Source: Antedon mediterranea
Lineage: Eukaryota; Animalia; Echinodermata
Direction: 5' to 3'
DNA length: 64,000 nucleotides
NCBI RefSeq assembly: GCF_964355755.1
Contig: NC_092678.1
Location: 5,100,422-5,164,421, forward strand
The notes under the pieces were generated by a model. It was not told the origin of the DNA. It saw nothing but the letters and a program-made list of their open reading frames with translations, and did no database searches. Each line of letters begins with the position of its first letter. The stretch's first letter is position 1. Made by a program: the position numbers and the translations under genes. Shown piece after piece: positions 13,186 to 25,800 of the stretch.

Positions 13186-13572
13186 TTCTGAAACAAACCA
13201 AAAATGATATATGTTACATGGTAAATTAAAGAACCAAATGAATATGTTTGTTGATATTGTTTAATACTTTCTTTACCATGTATTCCTGCATACTTTGGAC
13301 TACACACAGGAGTTGTCTCATTCACTGATCTTAATGTTGAAAGGGACTCCATCATCCAGATACTACTCTAGCATGTAGCTATATGTCCTAGCTTTAGTTT
13401 AGACTGCTGGTGGAGAAAAGAAGTGAAAAGTTGATGTAATTGCATATGTATGTACTTTTAATAGGCCTGAGCATAAGTTTAGCATAAAATTATAATAATA
13501 TACCTAGCTATGCCTAGCCTACTTGGTCCAACCAGGTCCAAGCTAGCCTTACCTGATGAGTAGGCCTAGGCT

Positions 13573-13778
13573 CAGGGAATAATTTCGCCAGTGTAGCATA
13601 GCAAAAAGCTATATATAGGCTAGAAATAGTAGGGCCTATCTATACAAAACAACCTTTTTTCTACACATTTTTAAAATTATGTAGCAAAAAATACTATACA
13701 AAACTATGTTTCTCGACTCAAAAATCAGTTTGATTAGCAATATTGCTAAACAGAATTTAAAAATGAAATTTTTCCCTG
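13573..13778. mobile_element. hAT-like MITE (CAGGG termini), copy 1
   Basis: cagggaataatttc ... gaaatttttccctg; second copy at 46309-46452. Confidence 0.75.
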
Positions 13779-13899
13779 AGAGGCTAGGCCTAGTAGTAGG
13801 GCCTAGGCCTAGCCTCTAGGCTAGTAGGCCCTACTCTGCTGGGCCGTTTTGAGGCTTGATATGATAGCCAAAAGGGCCTAGCCTAGCCCTACAACGTAT

Positions 13900-14152
13900 T
13901 ACATTAATAATACATAGGACTAGTAACCTTTTACTTACAACTTACTAATACTTCTATAGCTGGCTCATTGTTTAGCCAATAGATAAATTAAATACAGTTT
14001 TCTAAATTAAAAAGCAGACAATTTTGGTCATCATCAAAAAGTTACAGACATTTCTAAACGTTGGTGGCAGCACGTCAAACGGCTTCTACGCATGCGTTAA
14101 TCGAATAGCCAATCAAATCTGTCGTACCAGAAAGTCGACAATCAAAACAAGT
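13900..14152. promoter_or_regulatory. Probable bidirectional promoter of TERB1 and HBP1
   Basis: Head-to-head genes; agccaat (CCAAT) boxes at ~13974 and ~14107; CpG-richer patch. Confidence 0.5.
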
Positions 14153-17100
14153 ATGGCGTCCCTAGCGCTCCACACACCGAGTAAACAACATGAGAAAAGT
14201 TGCAAAATGTAGCTTTAAATTGAATATTTATATATTACTAAACTCACAGTTCAAAATTTAAATATTAGATTAAATAGACTGATGGTTTTATTGCTGTAAG
14301 TATTATCGAATTAGTAATTTAGGATAGCTCCCAAACAAGAGAAGGCCGCCGTCCGCGTGAGATAGACGTTCGGTTCTTCTTTTCGCCGGTAGTTACTTCA
14401 CTATCGAGTCGTTTCGACCTAAAATTGAATAAGCAACATCACTGTTTGAAATATGTATGTAAATACTACAAGCCTAACATGGTAGTTACCTCCATAATGT
14501 ATGAATACGATGATTTAATTGTTATTGTACTGCCTGTTTTTTTACAGTTTATTTAGAGGCAAATACAATGGAAAGTTGTCATGATGAAAGTGACAACAAA
14601 ATTAGTGACAACAACAATAGTCAGTTGCAGAAATCACACATCTGTGCCAACTGTTGTCGGTCATTCAAAAGGTATATCACGCTATTTTCTTTTTCGAATG
14701 TTTGTTATTTTTTAAATTAAAAATTACTCTTTATTTACAATAATAATTTATGATTTTAATGTTATTTTCCATTATATCATAGTACTAATGGTCTACGAAA
14801 TCATGTGGGAAACTGCAACACACCTCTGAAACCAGTACTAGAGGTCAAAGGTCAGTGACTGTCAACAATTTAATGTACCTTTGAATCAAACAAATGCTAG
14901 TAAATTTATATTCCAGGGTAAATATTGACATCATATAATACTGTTTGATATACAGTATGCATACTGAACTGTGTGACATCATATGCATACTTTGTGACAT
15001 CTTATGCATACTGTGTGACATCTTATGCATACTGTGTGATATCATGCAGCAGTATGCATACTGTGTGACATCATATATGCATACTGTGTGACATGCATAC
15101 TGTGAACGCATCATTAACCTTTTATATGGTCAATATTACTTTACAGAATCTCGGAATCGATTACTAACAATAGACCCGCAAGATGATGGTCAAAAACAAA
15201 GCTTTAGTGGACCTATCACACCTCCACAAACAATGGTAGATTCGTCTGATTGGTTGACACAGTTAGCTAACATTGCAACAGGACCACAAAGTCCGCTTCT
15301 ACAAACAAGTAGCCAAAAAAGGTAACATTCTTACGCATATTGTTATTAAAAACAATAAAACATCTTTTCGAAAATTATTAATAAAAAAAAACTTCTTTCA
15401 GAAACCCAGCAGTAGCATTTAGTAATTTAATGCATACATATGCTAAGCCACCAAAATCTCCTGAAGCGCCTTCAACGTTCTCTGATTCTGAGTTTCATTC
15501 AAGCGTACTGACGTCATTGAGCAAAGTGGAACCAGAAAGTGATAACAGGGTGTCATCTTCATCCCCGTTCCCCACCTCCCCTGAAGATGTAGAATCTTGT
15601 CATGGCAGCTGGTCACACACATGGCCTGCAGCAGTATGGCAGTGCTTTATGAAAGGTAATACTTACATATTACTTACATAATATTTACATAATACTTACA
15701 TAATTAATTTATAGTTCAAATGTATGATATTGAGCTTAGCTTTGTTAAAGGTTTACAAACAAAATCCATGATTATAAATTCAACTATTTATGTTTATATT
15801 GTAAATTTCTTTAGGCACCCTTATACAATTTATTTCAAACCAGACATCAGAATGGCAATCAGCTGAAGAGATTGGTAGAATAGAGATGTTAGCTTCAAAA
15901 GCAGTCTATCAAATTACAGATCCTTCATCAGCTAACCAATCAGCATCAAGACATTATGCACCTAACGGTCTAATGTTAGAACGTATAGAGGACATCAAAC
16001 CAGCTGAGAAGATAAGGCTGACATTTAATCCATTCGAACCTGAACAGAAAATGTTGCAGGCACGGTGTCCTATCGATCATCCATTTTTTGTTAAAGACAA
16101 AGGTAACAAAAAATACACAATTTCCATAGCCCAACAAGTAACTATATTATGAGCATTGCACTTGCACTGATGAAGGACTAGTGTTTTGCCCGAAAGCTCT
16201 GCGAACTTTTCTGACTGTTTTACTTATCGTTTTGTTTTAGCTTTCCGCTTTTTTTGTTTGTATCTCCATTGAGATCCAGCCACTGATACCCACAGCACTG
16301 TCATTTTTTCAGTAATTTGCCTTTGGACTATATTATGAGCATATTATATGTACCACTGTATATTCTTTGATAATTTGTCTGTTATAAAATCACAATTGCT
16401 TCTTTATAATATAGGTTGGTCTTCCTACAACCCTCTGCTAACGGTTGAAAAATATGGCATACCATGCAGTGAGCTAGAAACCGGTGACATTTGTATACCG
16501 CCCTCTCATCCTGACGCTATCAGCTTTAAAGAATCAAATGTTTTTGAAAATTTCAAGAGGTAATTTATCACTTTGTACTGTAGTGGGCTTTTACCTGCTA
16601 AGTTATTTTGTGGTGGGCTTAAACCTGTTAAATGCCTAGTTATGTAATTTGATGTTTTTTTTATTCAGTTTTGACCTGACGCCTCTAGACACTTCAACAG
16701 TATTGGCACTGAGCAGCCTAGCTCGTCACCGACGTGATATGGAATCAAACCAGCCTAGGAGTGCACCACCGTCGCCGATTAAAAAAATACGCAAATTAGA
16801 TCCGAACCGTGGTTTTAAAAGGCCAATGAATGCGTTTATGTTATTTGCTAAGAAGTTTAGACTGGAGTATACGCAGATGTACCCAGGTAGAGATAACAGG
16901 TAATGAGGCGTTTATAATAATGAAATATATGATTGGTGGTGAACAGTCAATTGAGATAGAACAATAACGTTGATGTTTGTTACAGGGCCATCAGTGTCGT
17001 ACTAGGTGATGAATGGAAGAAACTGAACGATGAGCAAAGAAAGGTATACGCAGAAGAAGCGAAGACACTGGCAGACGAACACAAGAAACATCACCCTGAC

Positions 17101-19331
17101 TGCTGGAAGAGGAAGCGCCATGCCTCTAGTGTGAGTATAGTTTTAGAAAGCGCCATGCCTCTAATGTGAGTATGGTTGTAGAAAGCGCCATGCCTCTAAT
17201 GTGAGTATAGTTGTAGAAAGCGCCATGCCTCTAATGTGAGTATGGTTGTAGAAAGCGCCAAGCCTCTTGTGTGAGTATAGTTGTAGAAAGTGCCATGCCT
17301 CTAGTGTGAGTATAGTTGTAGAAAGCGCCATGCCTCTAGTGTGAGTATAGTTGTAGAAAGCGCCCTGCCTCTAGTGTGAGTATAGTTGTAGAAAGCGCCA
17401 TGCCTCTAGTGTGAGTATAGTTGTAGAAAGCGCCCTGCCTCTAGTGTGAGTATAGTTGCAGAAAGCGCCCTGCCTCTAGTGTGAGTATAGTTGTAGAAAG
17501 CGCCATGCCTCTAGTGTGAGTATAGTTGTAGAAAGCACCATGCCTCTAGTGTGAGTATAGTTGTAGAAAGCGCCATGCCTCTAGTGTGAGTATAGTTGTA
17601 GAAAGCACCATGCCTCTAGTGTGAGTATAGTTGTAGAGAGCGCCCTGCCTCTAGTGTGAGTATAGTTGTAGAAAGCGCCATGCCTCTAGTGTGAGTATAG
17701 TTGTAGAAAGCGCCATGCCTCTAGTGTGAGTATAGTTGTAGAAAGCGCCATGCCTCTAGTGTGAGTATAGTTGTAGAAAGCGCCATGCCTCTAGTGTGAG
17801 TATAGTTGTAGAAAGCGCCATGCCTCTAGTGTGAGTATAGTTGTAGAAAGCGCCATGCCTCTAGTGTGAGTATAGTTGTAGAAAGCGCCATGCCTCTAGT
17901 GTGAGTATAGTTGTAGAAAGCGCCATGCCTCTAGTGTGAGTATAGTTGTAGAAAGCGCCATGCCTCTAGTGTGAGTATAGTTGTAGAAAGCGCCCTGCCT
18001 CTAGTGTGAGTATGGTTGTAGAGAGCGCCATGCCTCTAGTGTGAGTATAGTTGTAGAAAGCGCCATGCCTCTAGTGTGAGTATAGTTGTAGAAAGCGCCA
18101 TGCCTCTAGTGTGAGTATAGTTGTAGAAAGCGCCATGCCTCTAGTGTGAGTATAGTTGTAGAAAGCGCCATGCCTCTAGTGTGAGTATAGTTGTAGAAAG
18201 CGCCATGCCTCTAGTGTGAGTATAGTTGTAGAAAGCGCCATGCCTCTAGTGTGAGTATAGTTGTAGAAAGCGCCATGCCTCTAGTGTGAGTATAGTTGTA
18301 GAAAGCGCCATGCCTCTAGTGTGAGTATAGTTGTAGAAAGCGCCCTGCCTCTAGTGTGAGTATGGTTGTAGAGAGCGCCATGCCTCTAGTGTGAGTATAG
18401 TTGTAGAAAGCGCCATGCCTCTAGTGTGAGTATAGTTGTAGAAAGCGCCATGCCTCTAGTGTGAGTATAGTTGTAGAAAGCGCCATGCCTCTAGTGTGAG
18501 TATAGTTGTAGAAAGCGCCATGCCTCTAGTGTGAGTATAGTTGTAGAAAGCGCCATGCCTCTAGTGTGAGTATAGTTGTAGAAAGCGCCATGCCTCTAGT
18601 GTGAGTATAGTTGTAGAAAGCGCCATGCCTCTAGTGTGAGTATAGTTGTAGAAAGCGCCATGCCTCTAGTGTGAGTATAGTTGTAGAAAGCGCCATGCCT
18701 CTAGTGTGAGTATGGTTGTAGAGAGCGCCATGCCTCTAGTGTGAGTATAGTTGTAGAAAGCGCCATGCCTCTAGTGTGAGTATAGTTGTAGAAAGCGCCA
18801 TGCCTCTAGTGTGAGTATGGTTGTAGAGAGCGCCATGCCTCTAGTGTGAGTATAGTTGTAGAAAGCGCCATGCCTCTAGTGTGAGTATAGTTGTAGAAAG
18901 CGCCGTGCCTCTAGTGTGAGTATAGTTGTAGAAAGCGCCATGCCTCTAGTGTGAGTATAGTTGTAGAGAGCGCCATGCCTCTAGTGTGAGTATAGTTGTA
19001 GAAAGCGCCATGCCTCTAGTGTGAGTATAGTTGTAGAAAGCGCCGTGCCTCTAGTGTGAGTATAGTTGTAGAAAGCGCCATGCCTCTAGTGTGAGTATAG
19101 TTGTAGAAAGCGCCATGCCTCTAGTGTGAGTATAGTTGTAGAAAGCGCCATGCCTCTAGTGTGAGTATAGTTGTAGAAAGCGCCATGCCTCTAGTGTGAG
19201 TATAGTTGTACAATATCCCAAGCTCTTGCATCTGACATAGGAATAGGTTGTTTTCCTAAATGAAATGTATACATTTGTACGCAATTCTAGTATTAAGTAA
19301 ATTATTTTTGTTTACATTTCAGAGTGTCTGA
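14153..19331 (+). CDS. HBP1: HMG-box transcription factor HBP1 (AXH + HMG box); 5' exons uncertain; last coding exons 16986-17130 and 19323-19331
   Basis: WLTQLANIATGPQSPLLQ, TWPAAVWQCFMKG, CPIDHPFFVKDKGWSSYNPLLTVEKYGIPC (AXH), KRPMNAFMLFAKKFRLEYTQMYPGRDNRAISVVLGDEWKK..HPDCWKRKR (HMG). Confidence 0.93.
14955..15105. repeat. Degenerate 21-bp minisatellite in an HBP1 intron
   Basis: Unit tgcatactgtgtgacatc(a/t)ta, ~6-7 copies. Confidence 0.85.
16157..16326 (+). mobile_element. Penelope-like pLTR fragment carrying a minimal hammerhead motif, flanked by a 16-bp direct repeat
   Basis: ttgca-CTGATGA(16167)-A-GGAC..GCCC-GAAA-GCTC-tgcga; actatattatgagcat duplicated at 16141-16156 and 16327-16342. 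Confidence 0.72.
17111..19210 (+). repeat. 35-bp minisatellite, 60 copies, derived from the HBP1 exon/intron junction
   Basis: Unit gaaagcgccatgcctctagt|gtgagtatagttgta; the first unit overlaps the coding exon end (KRHASS). Confidence 0.97.
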
Positions 19332-19434
19332 CGGAGAAAATATCATCTAGATATATAGATATCAAAAAGATCTAAATTGACGAAGCAATCAAATTACATG
19401 GAATTGTCATCAATTTGTGTTAAGTTTAGTAAGT

Positions 19435-19590
19435 CTCTCATTGGTTCCCATGCATGGATGTAAGCGCACCACAAATAATTTGACCAATCATGACACGATG
19501 ATTCATACAAACTGTTGCTTGTGATTGGTCAACTCACTTGCATTGGGTGTACGCGTCCTTGCGTTACGTTGCTAGTGGAACCCAAAGTTA
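19435..19590. mobile_element. MITE family B copy in the HBP1 3' UTR region
   Basis: ttggttccca ... tgaccaatca ... gcttgtgattggtcaa ... ccttgcgttacgttgctagtggaacccaa; matches 58367-58511. Confidence 0.65.
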
Positions 19591-22500
19591 CACTACAGAG
19601 GGTGACTAACAACTACTGTAATGAACTAACACTTGTCATCAAATCATACATTACTTACATACAGTACTGTGTTAAGTCTTCCACGTGCATAACAGTACCC
19701 GATTCCCCTAATAGTTTCTGATTGGACGTCAATCTGTATCTATCTGTATCAGCCCTCCCAACTTGTGAATTTTAAGTGAATTCTCTAGTTGAATGTACTG
19801 AATTTATATACATTTTTTAAATAGTTTACATAAATCTTGTATTCTCTCATGTTTTAGTTATTAAATTTTAATACAATAATATTGAACCTTTTAAATTTTT
19901 GCCAAAGATTTTTAAACTTGTATTAGTCGTAAAGACAAAAACTGTATATTTGGTATTTTACAATAGTTTATATATCATATTGAATTGTAAGATTTCTTTT
20001 TATAGATTACATATATTACTCTATTTTTAGAAGGGAAGGAGGTTAATTCTTTTATCATATGTATTTATTTTTCTTTTATTTGTTGGTCGTTTGGAATATA
20101 TATAGTTAATTGAAGTGTTTTATGCAGTCTGTTTTGAGTGTCTAGCGTTTTGTGTTTATTTTTGTCTTTTTTTATTCATGTTTGACAAGTAGAATGTTTT
20201 TTTTATTTGTTGCCGGATAATGTTTCATTATTTCTTTTTAAATTCTTTTAATCCATGGTTTCTTTCATTTGTTGTGTGATTCAATATTTATAGTGCAGTA
20301 TTTTGAGGTTTTTAAATGGAGTTTTTAATTTTTATTTTAGTCACAAATATGAACACATAAAATGATTCGTATTAAAGGATAAAATACATACAACTTTATG
20401 ACTCAAGTGATGTATTTTGTTTAGATAGCGGCTACTAGAAAAATCCGTTCATGAATATGTATGATCATCTTATACATATTCATGAATTTTAAATACATGT
20501 TCATAATGAAGTAGACTGATAATCGCGTTTTATAATCTGTTGAGGATGATGTCAATTTGTAACGCGAGAACGTTTTGTTTAAATTGCCGAAGATAATGGA
20601 AAGTCACGTGTATACTACTGCTGCTCCTTAGCGTCCTCCGTAACCAAGGTGACGGAAGTAGGAGGATAAAGTGATTGTGGATACGGTAAAACAGTTCAGC
20701 ACATCGTTAATAGTTACGTATGCAGGTCGCCAGATTATCGCTATTATTTGTTAGAATGTAATTTCACGATTTTAAGGTAAGTTATTTGACATAAGTTTAT
20801 TTTTTATTCATTGCAATACGAATGCTAAATTCGTCACATGCAAGTTTATTAAGAAATTAATTACTTCTAATTTATATTATTTGTATAGGTACTCTACCTA
20901 TATGCATGGTAGTAATTAGTGAGGCTTAATATCATTGTTTAGGTAACACAATTAACATACTTATTAAAAGCCAAAAAAAATTTAAAATTAAGAGAGATAA
21001 AATATAGATGCTTACTCAGTCGCCAGTCGGAATGATAATGAGATGAAAATCTTCACTTTGGTTTGGGCTAGTGTCATGTTTCTGATTTCCTGTGGTTAGA
21101 TAAAGGATGTTTTAGACTAGGTCTGCTAAATTTATAAGCCAATCATAATGGTATAATTTTGGTGGGAAACTTTGGAGGGAACATTTTATCCTCCTCTCAA
21201 GCCCCTAATTTGCATGTTGCATTGTATTAATAGTAAAAATACTGAGTTACAAGAAATAAAAGTAGTTATAGTTAAATATGCTTTTTGTATGTGGAATCAT
21301 TTAGCACAGTCTGTGTACGTCTCGTGGAATAATACGCATTACGATCGAAATCAACACCCTACTACCAAATATAAATACTAGTTTACAAAGCGATATACTG
21401 TATATCGAGTCATACACAATGATCAATTTAAGGTTAGATTATATAAATAAAGAAACTAGTATTAAAATAAAAATCAATTGGCAAAATCTCTTGTCCATTT
21501 ATGAACTGACCCATACTGAAACATTATACACAAAATATTCATGGTCATTTTCCCGCCAGTTGGATGAGGTGATGGTCACTTATTCCAGTTTTTGCTTTAA
21601 TAGGTTTCTCATCAGATTCAAGTCAGATTCAATAGATAAATCATTCAAGTATTAAGTATAAGCATACCTTACACTCATGTATCGAAAAGCCATTATCGTT
21701 CTCTCATTTGAAAGATTCACAATTACTACCAAGTGCTGAGGTTATTTAAAAGGGCTTAATAGACATAATAAAACACTCTTTATAGTATTTTTACGGTTTC
21801 CATAGCAAATAACAATGTTTTAGCTTGTCTTTTGTAAGTATTAGTTGAACCGTAGCCATGACGACAACAAAAGAAATGAATTTGAGGAAATGAGAGAATT
21901 TAGCCATTTTAGTATCGTAATCAATGCCAGGTAACTTTAGTTATAGTTTGTTTACTACCAAACCAGGGCTGTAGTTGTAAGAGAATCTACCACCCAAACG
22001 TCGTAAAAGTCCATGGTAGCAGATTGGTACAATAGGCCCATATTACTAATCTGCTTTAAAAAAAATTCTGATTCTAGATGATAAAAAACTAACTACATTA
22101 TAAGGTAGGTTAGCGACTTTTTGATTACTCGTGATATAGATAGGCCTACATCAACATTAAATATGTTGGGTCTATAGTTCTAGGCCTAGATTGGTAATTA
22201 TTCAAGTTTGAACTTCTGCTTTGAATTCAATACACTTTCTACAAACACTCACTAGTGTGTTTTCAACTGCAGTGGTTAATACACTAGTGAGTTGTAAAAG
22301 GTGTATTGAATGCGACAGAAGAACTGATTAACTTTAATCTATAACTTTATAGGCCTAAAGTGTATATTCAATACAATATCTTTAATGAGCCAAATAAAAA
22401 ATGTTACTTTATATTGATTTATTACGATATATTAAAAGCTTAAACTTCTTTCAAAACTCCCAATCGTATTTAAACACAAATCTTACTTCAGTTAAGTTTG

Positions 22501-22843
22501 AACTGGAGTAATACAACTTTTACCCGTCTAATTTTCAGAAAAATATGATCTCGCGACAGGTGCACATCTTCGTCAAGCCCCGTCAATCAACGTATATATT
22601 TAAGTACCGCACTACTTTATAAGATTATTGATATGTGATGTGTAATCTGTGGAAAAGCAAACATTGAATTTTCCGATAATATACAACAGGTGAATAAATT
22701 GTACAAGGTAAACTCGGATGTCAGAAAGCTGGTATAAGTACGATTTTGATTGGTTAATTAAGAGAAACAGACGTAATGTTCCAAGGAGACAGCCAATCAG
22801 ATAGAAGATCTAAGACAAACAAGATAGAACGCATCTTTTTATT

Positions 22844-25800
22844 ATGAATATCGTGCGATATGATAAAGACATGTTTTGCAATATGAATAAGCATATACCA
22901 GTGCACAGGTCTACTAGAACATACCATCTCAATAAGGGAATTCCTGGTAAAATTTCTTATGAGATTCTTTGGAAACAGCGTCAAGAAAAGTCGCACGTTG
23001 TTAATGATGACCAGCTATCTTTTGGCGGGCTAACGTCAAGATCATCTCAACGTGAATTTATGAACGCGCAGCGCAGAAAACAACATTTAGGATCCGTGCT
23101 TGAAATGATGGGCAGACAACGAAGACGTCATAAACGGAGACGACATGAGGCGGAGCAGTTTAACTTGAAGTACGGTGGTTCTATGAGTGATTTTGAAGCT
23201 ACTGAAGCCTACAAAAACGAGAGAAGAAGACGTCTCGCCATCCCTGATAACAAAATGAGAACTACGTATAAGGACATGATGATGCAGGTTGACAAGAAGA
23301 CGGACAACACAGACAAAAACAAACACAGTACAGCAGAAGTGAGTTCGTTATTATTAAGTCTTGTCGGCGCACAAGGACGTACGCGCAACGCAAATGAGTT
23401 GACCAATCACAAGTGACAATTCTGATGATTAGTATTGTGTCGTGATTGGTCAAATTGACGTCCTTGCGTTTAAGCTTGAATTTAAGAAGCGCAACGAAAG
23501 TAATTTGACCAATCACGACACGATGAATTATCCGCACTGTCGCTTGTCATTGGTCAACTCGCTTGCATTGCGCTTCATCTTTGCGTTACGACCTTACTTA
23601 ATGATAAATAAACATTGAATACTCTCTATGAAATAAATGGTTCGTTTTCAACTTTGTTGTCGATCACTGAATTCGTTTAAAAGCATTTAAAATCATCATT
23701 TCAGAAAAGTCAAAAGAGAAAGTTCTTTTCTAGAGTTACTTTAATCATCCTATTACTTCGGATGGCTAAAACATATATATTTAGGTAAGTAAAATGCATA
23801 CTGCGTTTCTTTGAATAATACTAATAACATTTATAAATGATATATTAACCGGTTGTGAAATTTAAAAATCTTCGTAATCTTCTTGTAGTGAGAGTGATCG
23901 AAAGTTGTTGAATCTCTACACGGCACTAGATGCTGCACAGGCGGCTGATAGCTATAAAATACAGAACGACTTAGTCTTCGATATCACGAAATTTAAAGCC
24001 AGTAAAAAGGTAAAACATAAACGTAGTATTTTTTTATACTCAATGTGACAGAGTGTTTTGTTTTGTATTTTCTAAGAGATGCATTAAAATAAAATTGTTT
24101 ATTATTTTGCAGAGGCGCGTTTCTATGGAAACGAAACGCGTTTTAAATCTCCCGACCGAACAACGCACGGATGTGGATATATACCATGTAGGTGTTGTTT
24201 TCTATCTTTATTCAATTTTAACAGTCTGATATCGATTCGAAATTAAGTTTATTATCCCATAACAGACGCACACACAAAATGAACTAAACTAGTATACCGT
24301 ATTGCACTAATTCCTTTCTACAACTAGTTCGGAACAGCTGTGCATGTACACTTTTACATTTATATAATAATATTTAAATGTAGGTTCAAGTTGAATTGCA
24401 GAGGTTGAAACATTTAGGAAGATTTCCTATTGAAATGCAGAAAGATTTAATCAGAAATGCTTGGTTTGAATCCTATGAACAGCACCGTGTTTTGATACGC
24501 TATGGTCGCCGTCCGTGGACGTTTTATGTCATACTTTCCGGTTCAGGTAGAATACAACTAATATTTGTTTTCATGGTGACATTATGGGAATAGCATCTTT
24601 ATTAAATAAAAGAATGGTTAACTGTTTCAGCTGCACCATCAATTGGTTCATTTCCGGTTGTGGGTCGATTAAGATTACAGTCCTTTCTCGCTTAATAACC
24701 ACCTAATCACCCATCGACCAAGTAATTTCTATCTTATTCGACGACACCTCAGTGATTTTAATCAACGTTTTCGACTTATAAGAAACATCAATGCATATTA
24801 TGATTTTTTTAGCTATTATATTTACTTTAAAAATACCAACGTATTATTTTATTAGCTGTCATTTTAGAGGGAGATCCGTCAGATATTGGTCGTGAAGTTA
24901 TACCTATTAATCCAGGAGGAACATTCGGTGTAAGTTGCCAATTTTCTTCCCGTGTTCTTTAATGTACATTGCGGGATTTAATTGATATAAAACAACGTTT
25001 CTATATCAAATCAAACCCGTCAACTACGATAAACTACTTAGTTTAAAATTTATGAATTTTATCATTTAATTATTTTTCTGTAGGAGAAAGCAATAACTGA
25101 TAGACGTCATCATAAAATAACTGTAATATCAAAGGAACGAATCGAACTGATGTGTCTTTCAGTTGACGTAAGTTTATTTTCTTCAATAAATTTCTTTTAA
25201 ATTCACCCATCATATTATTCCTTAAGTCTATTTCTATTTTATTTCTAGGATTATATAGATATTTTCTTAGCGACTGGTATAAAACATTTAAGTAACAGTG
25301 AAGATCGTAGGTAAGAAGTTAATTTCTGAAAATGTTAATTACTTAATGAATATTTATATTACCTAATGAATATTTAAATTACTTGAAAATTTAAATGTCA
25401 TGTTTTTATATGTCGTAATTCTGTCGACAGTGAACACTCGAACTGTGAAATCAAAACTCAACAGCCAAAGAAAAGGGTCTCGATTGTGAACCTTACGAAC
25501 CAACTCGATATTTTTTTGAGGTAATTATTATTTCAAGATTGTCCATCATGTCCATCACTACCAATATTATCTTGGTTTTACTAATGTTTTTTTTTTAAAG
25601 TTTTTTCTAAAGTCCTTACGAACCAACTCGATTTTTTCAATGTTCAATGCAATGTTCTTACAAGATTGTCTATTATGTCCACATTACTAACATTACCTTG
25701 ATTTTACTAATACTATCTTCTTTTTCTAAAGGTCTATACGTATATTTGATTCCTGGCCTATTCATCTATTGATGTCAAATCCAGACAAATGCACATTTGA

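Noticed and set aside
17111-19210. Possible CRISPR array (35-bp repeats)
   Set aside because: Units are head-to-tail with no unique spacers, the context is a eukaryotic intron, and there are no cas genes.
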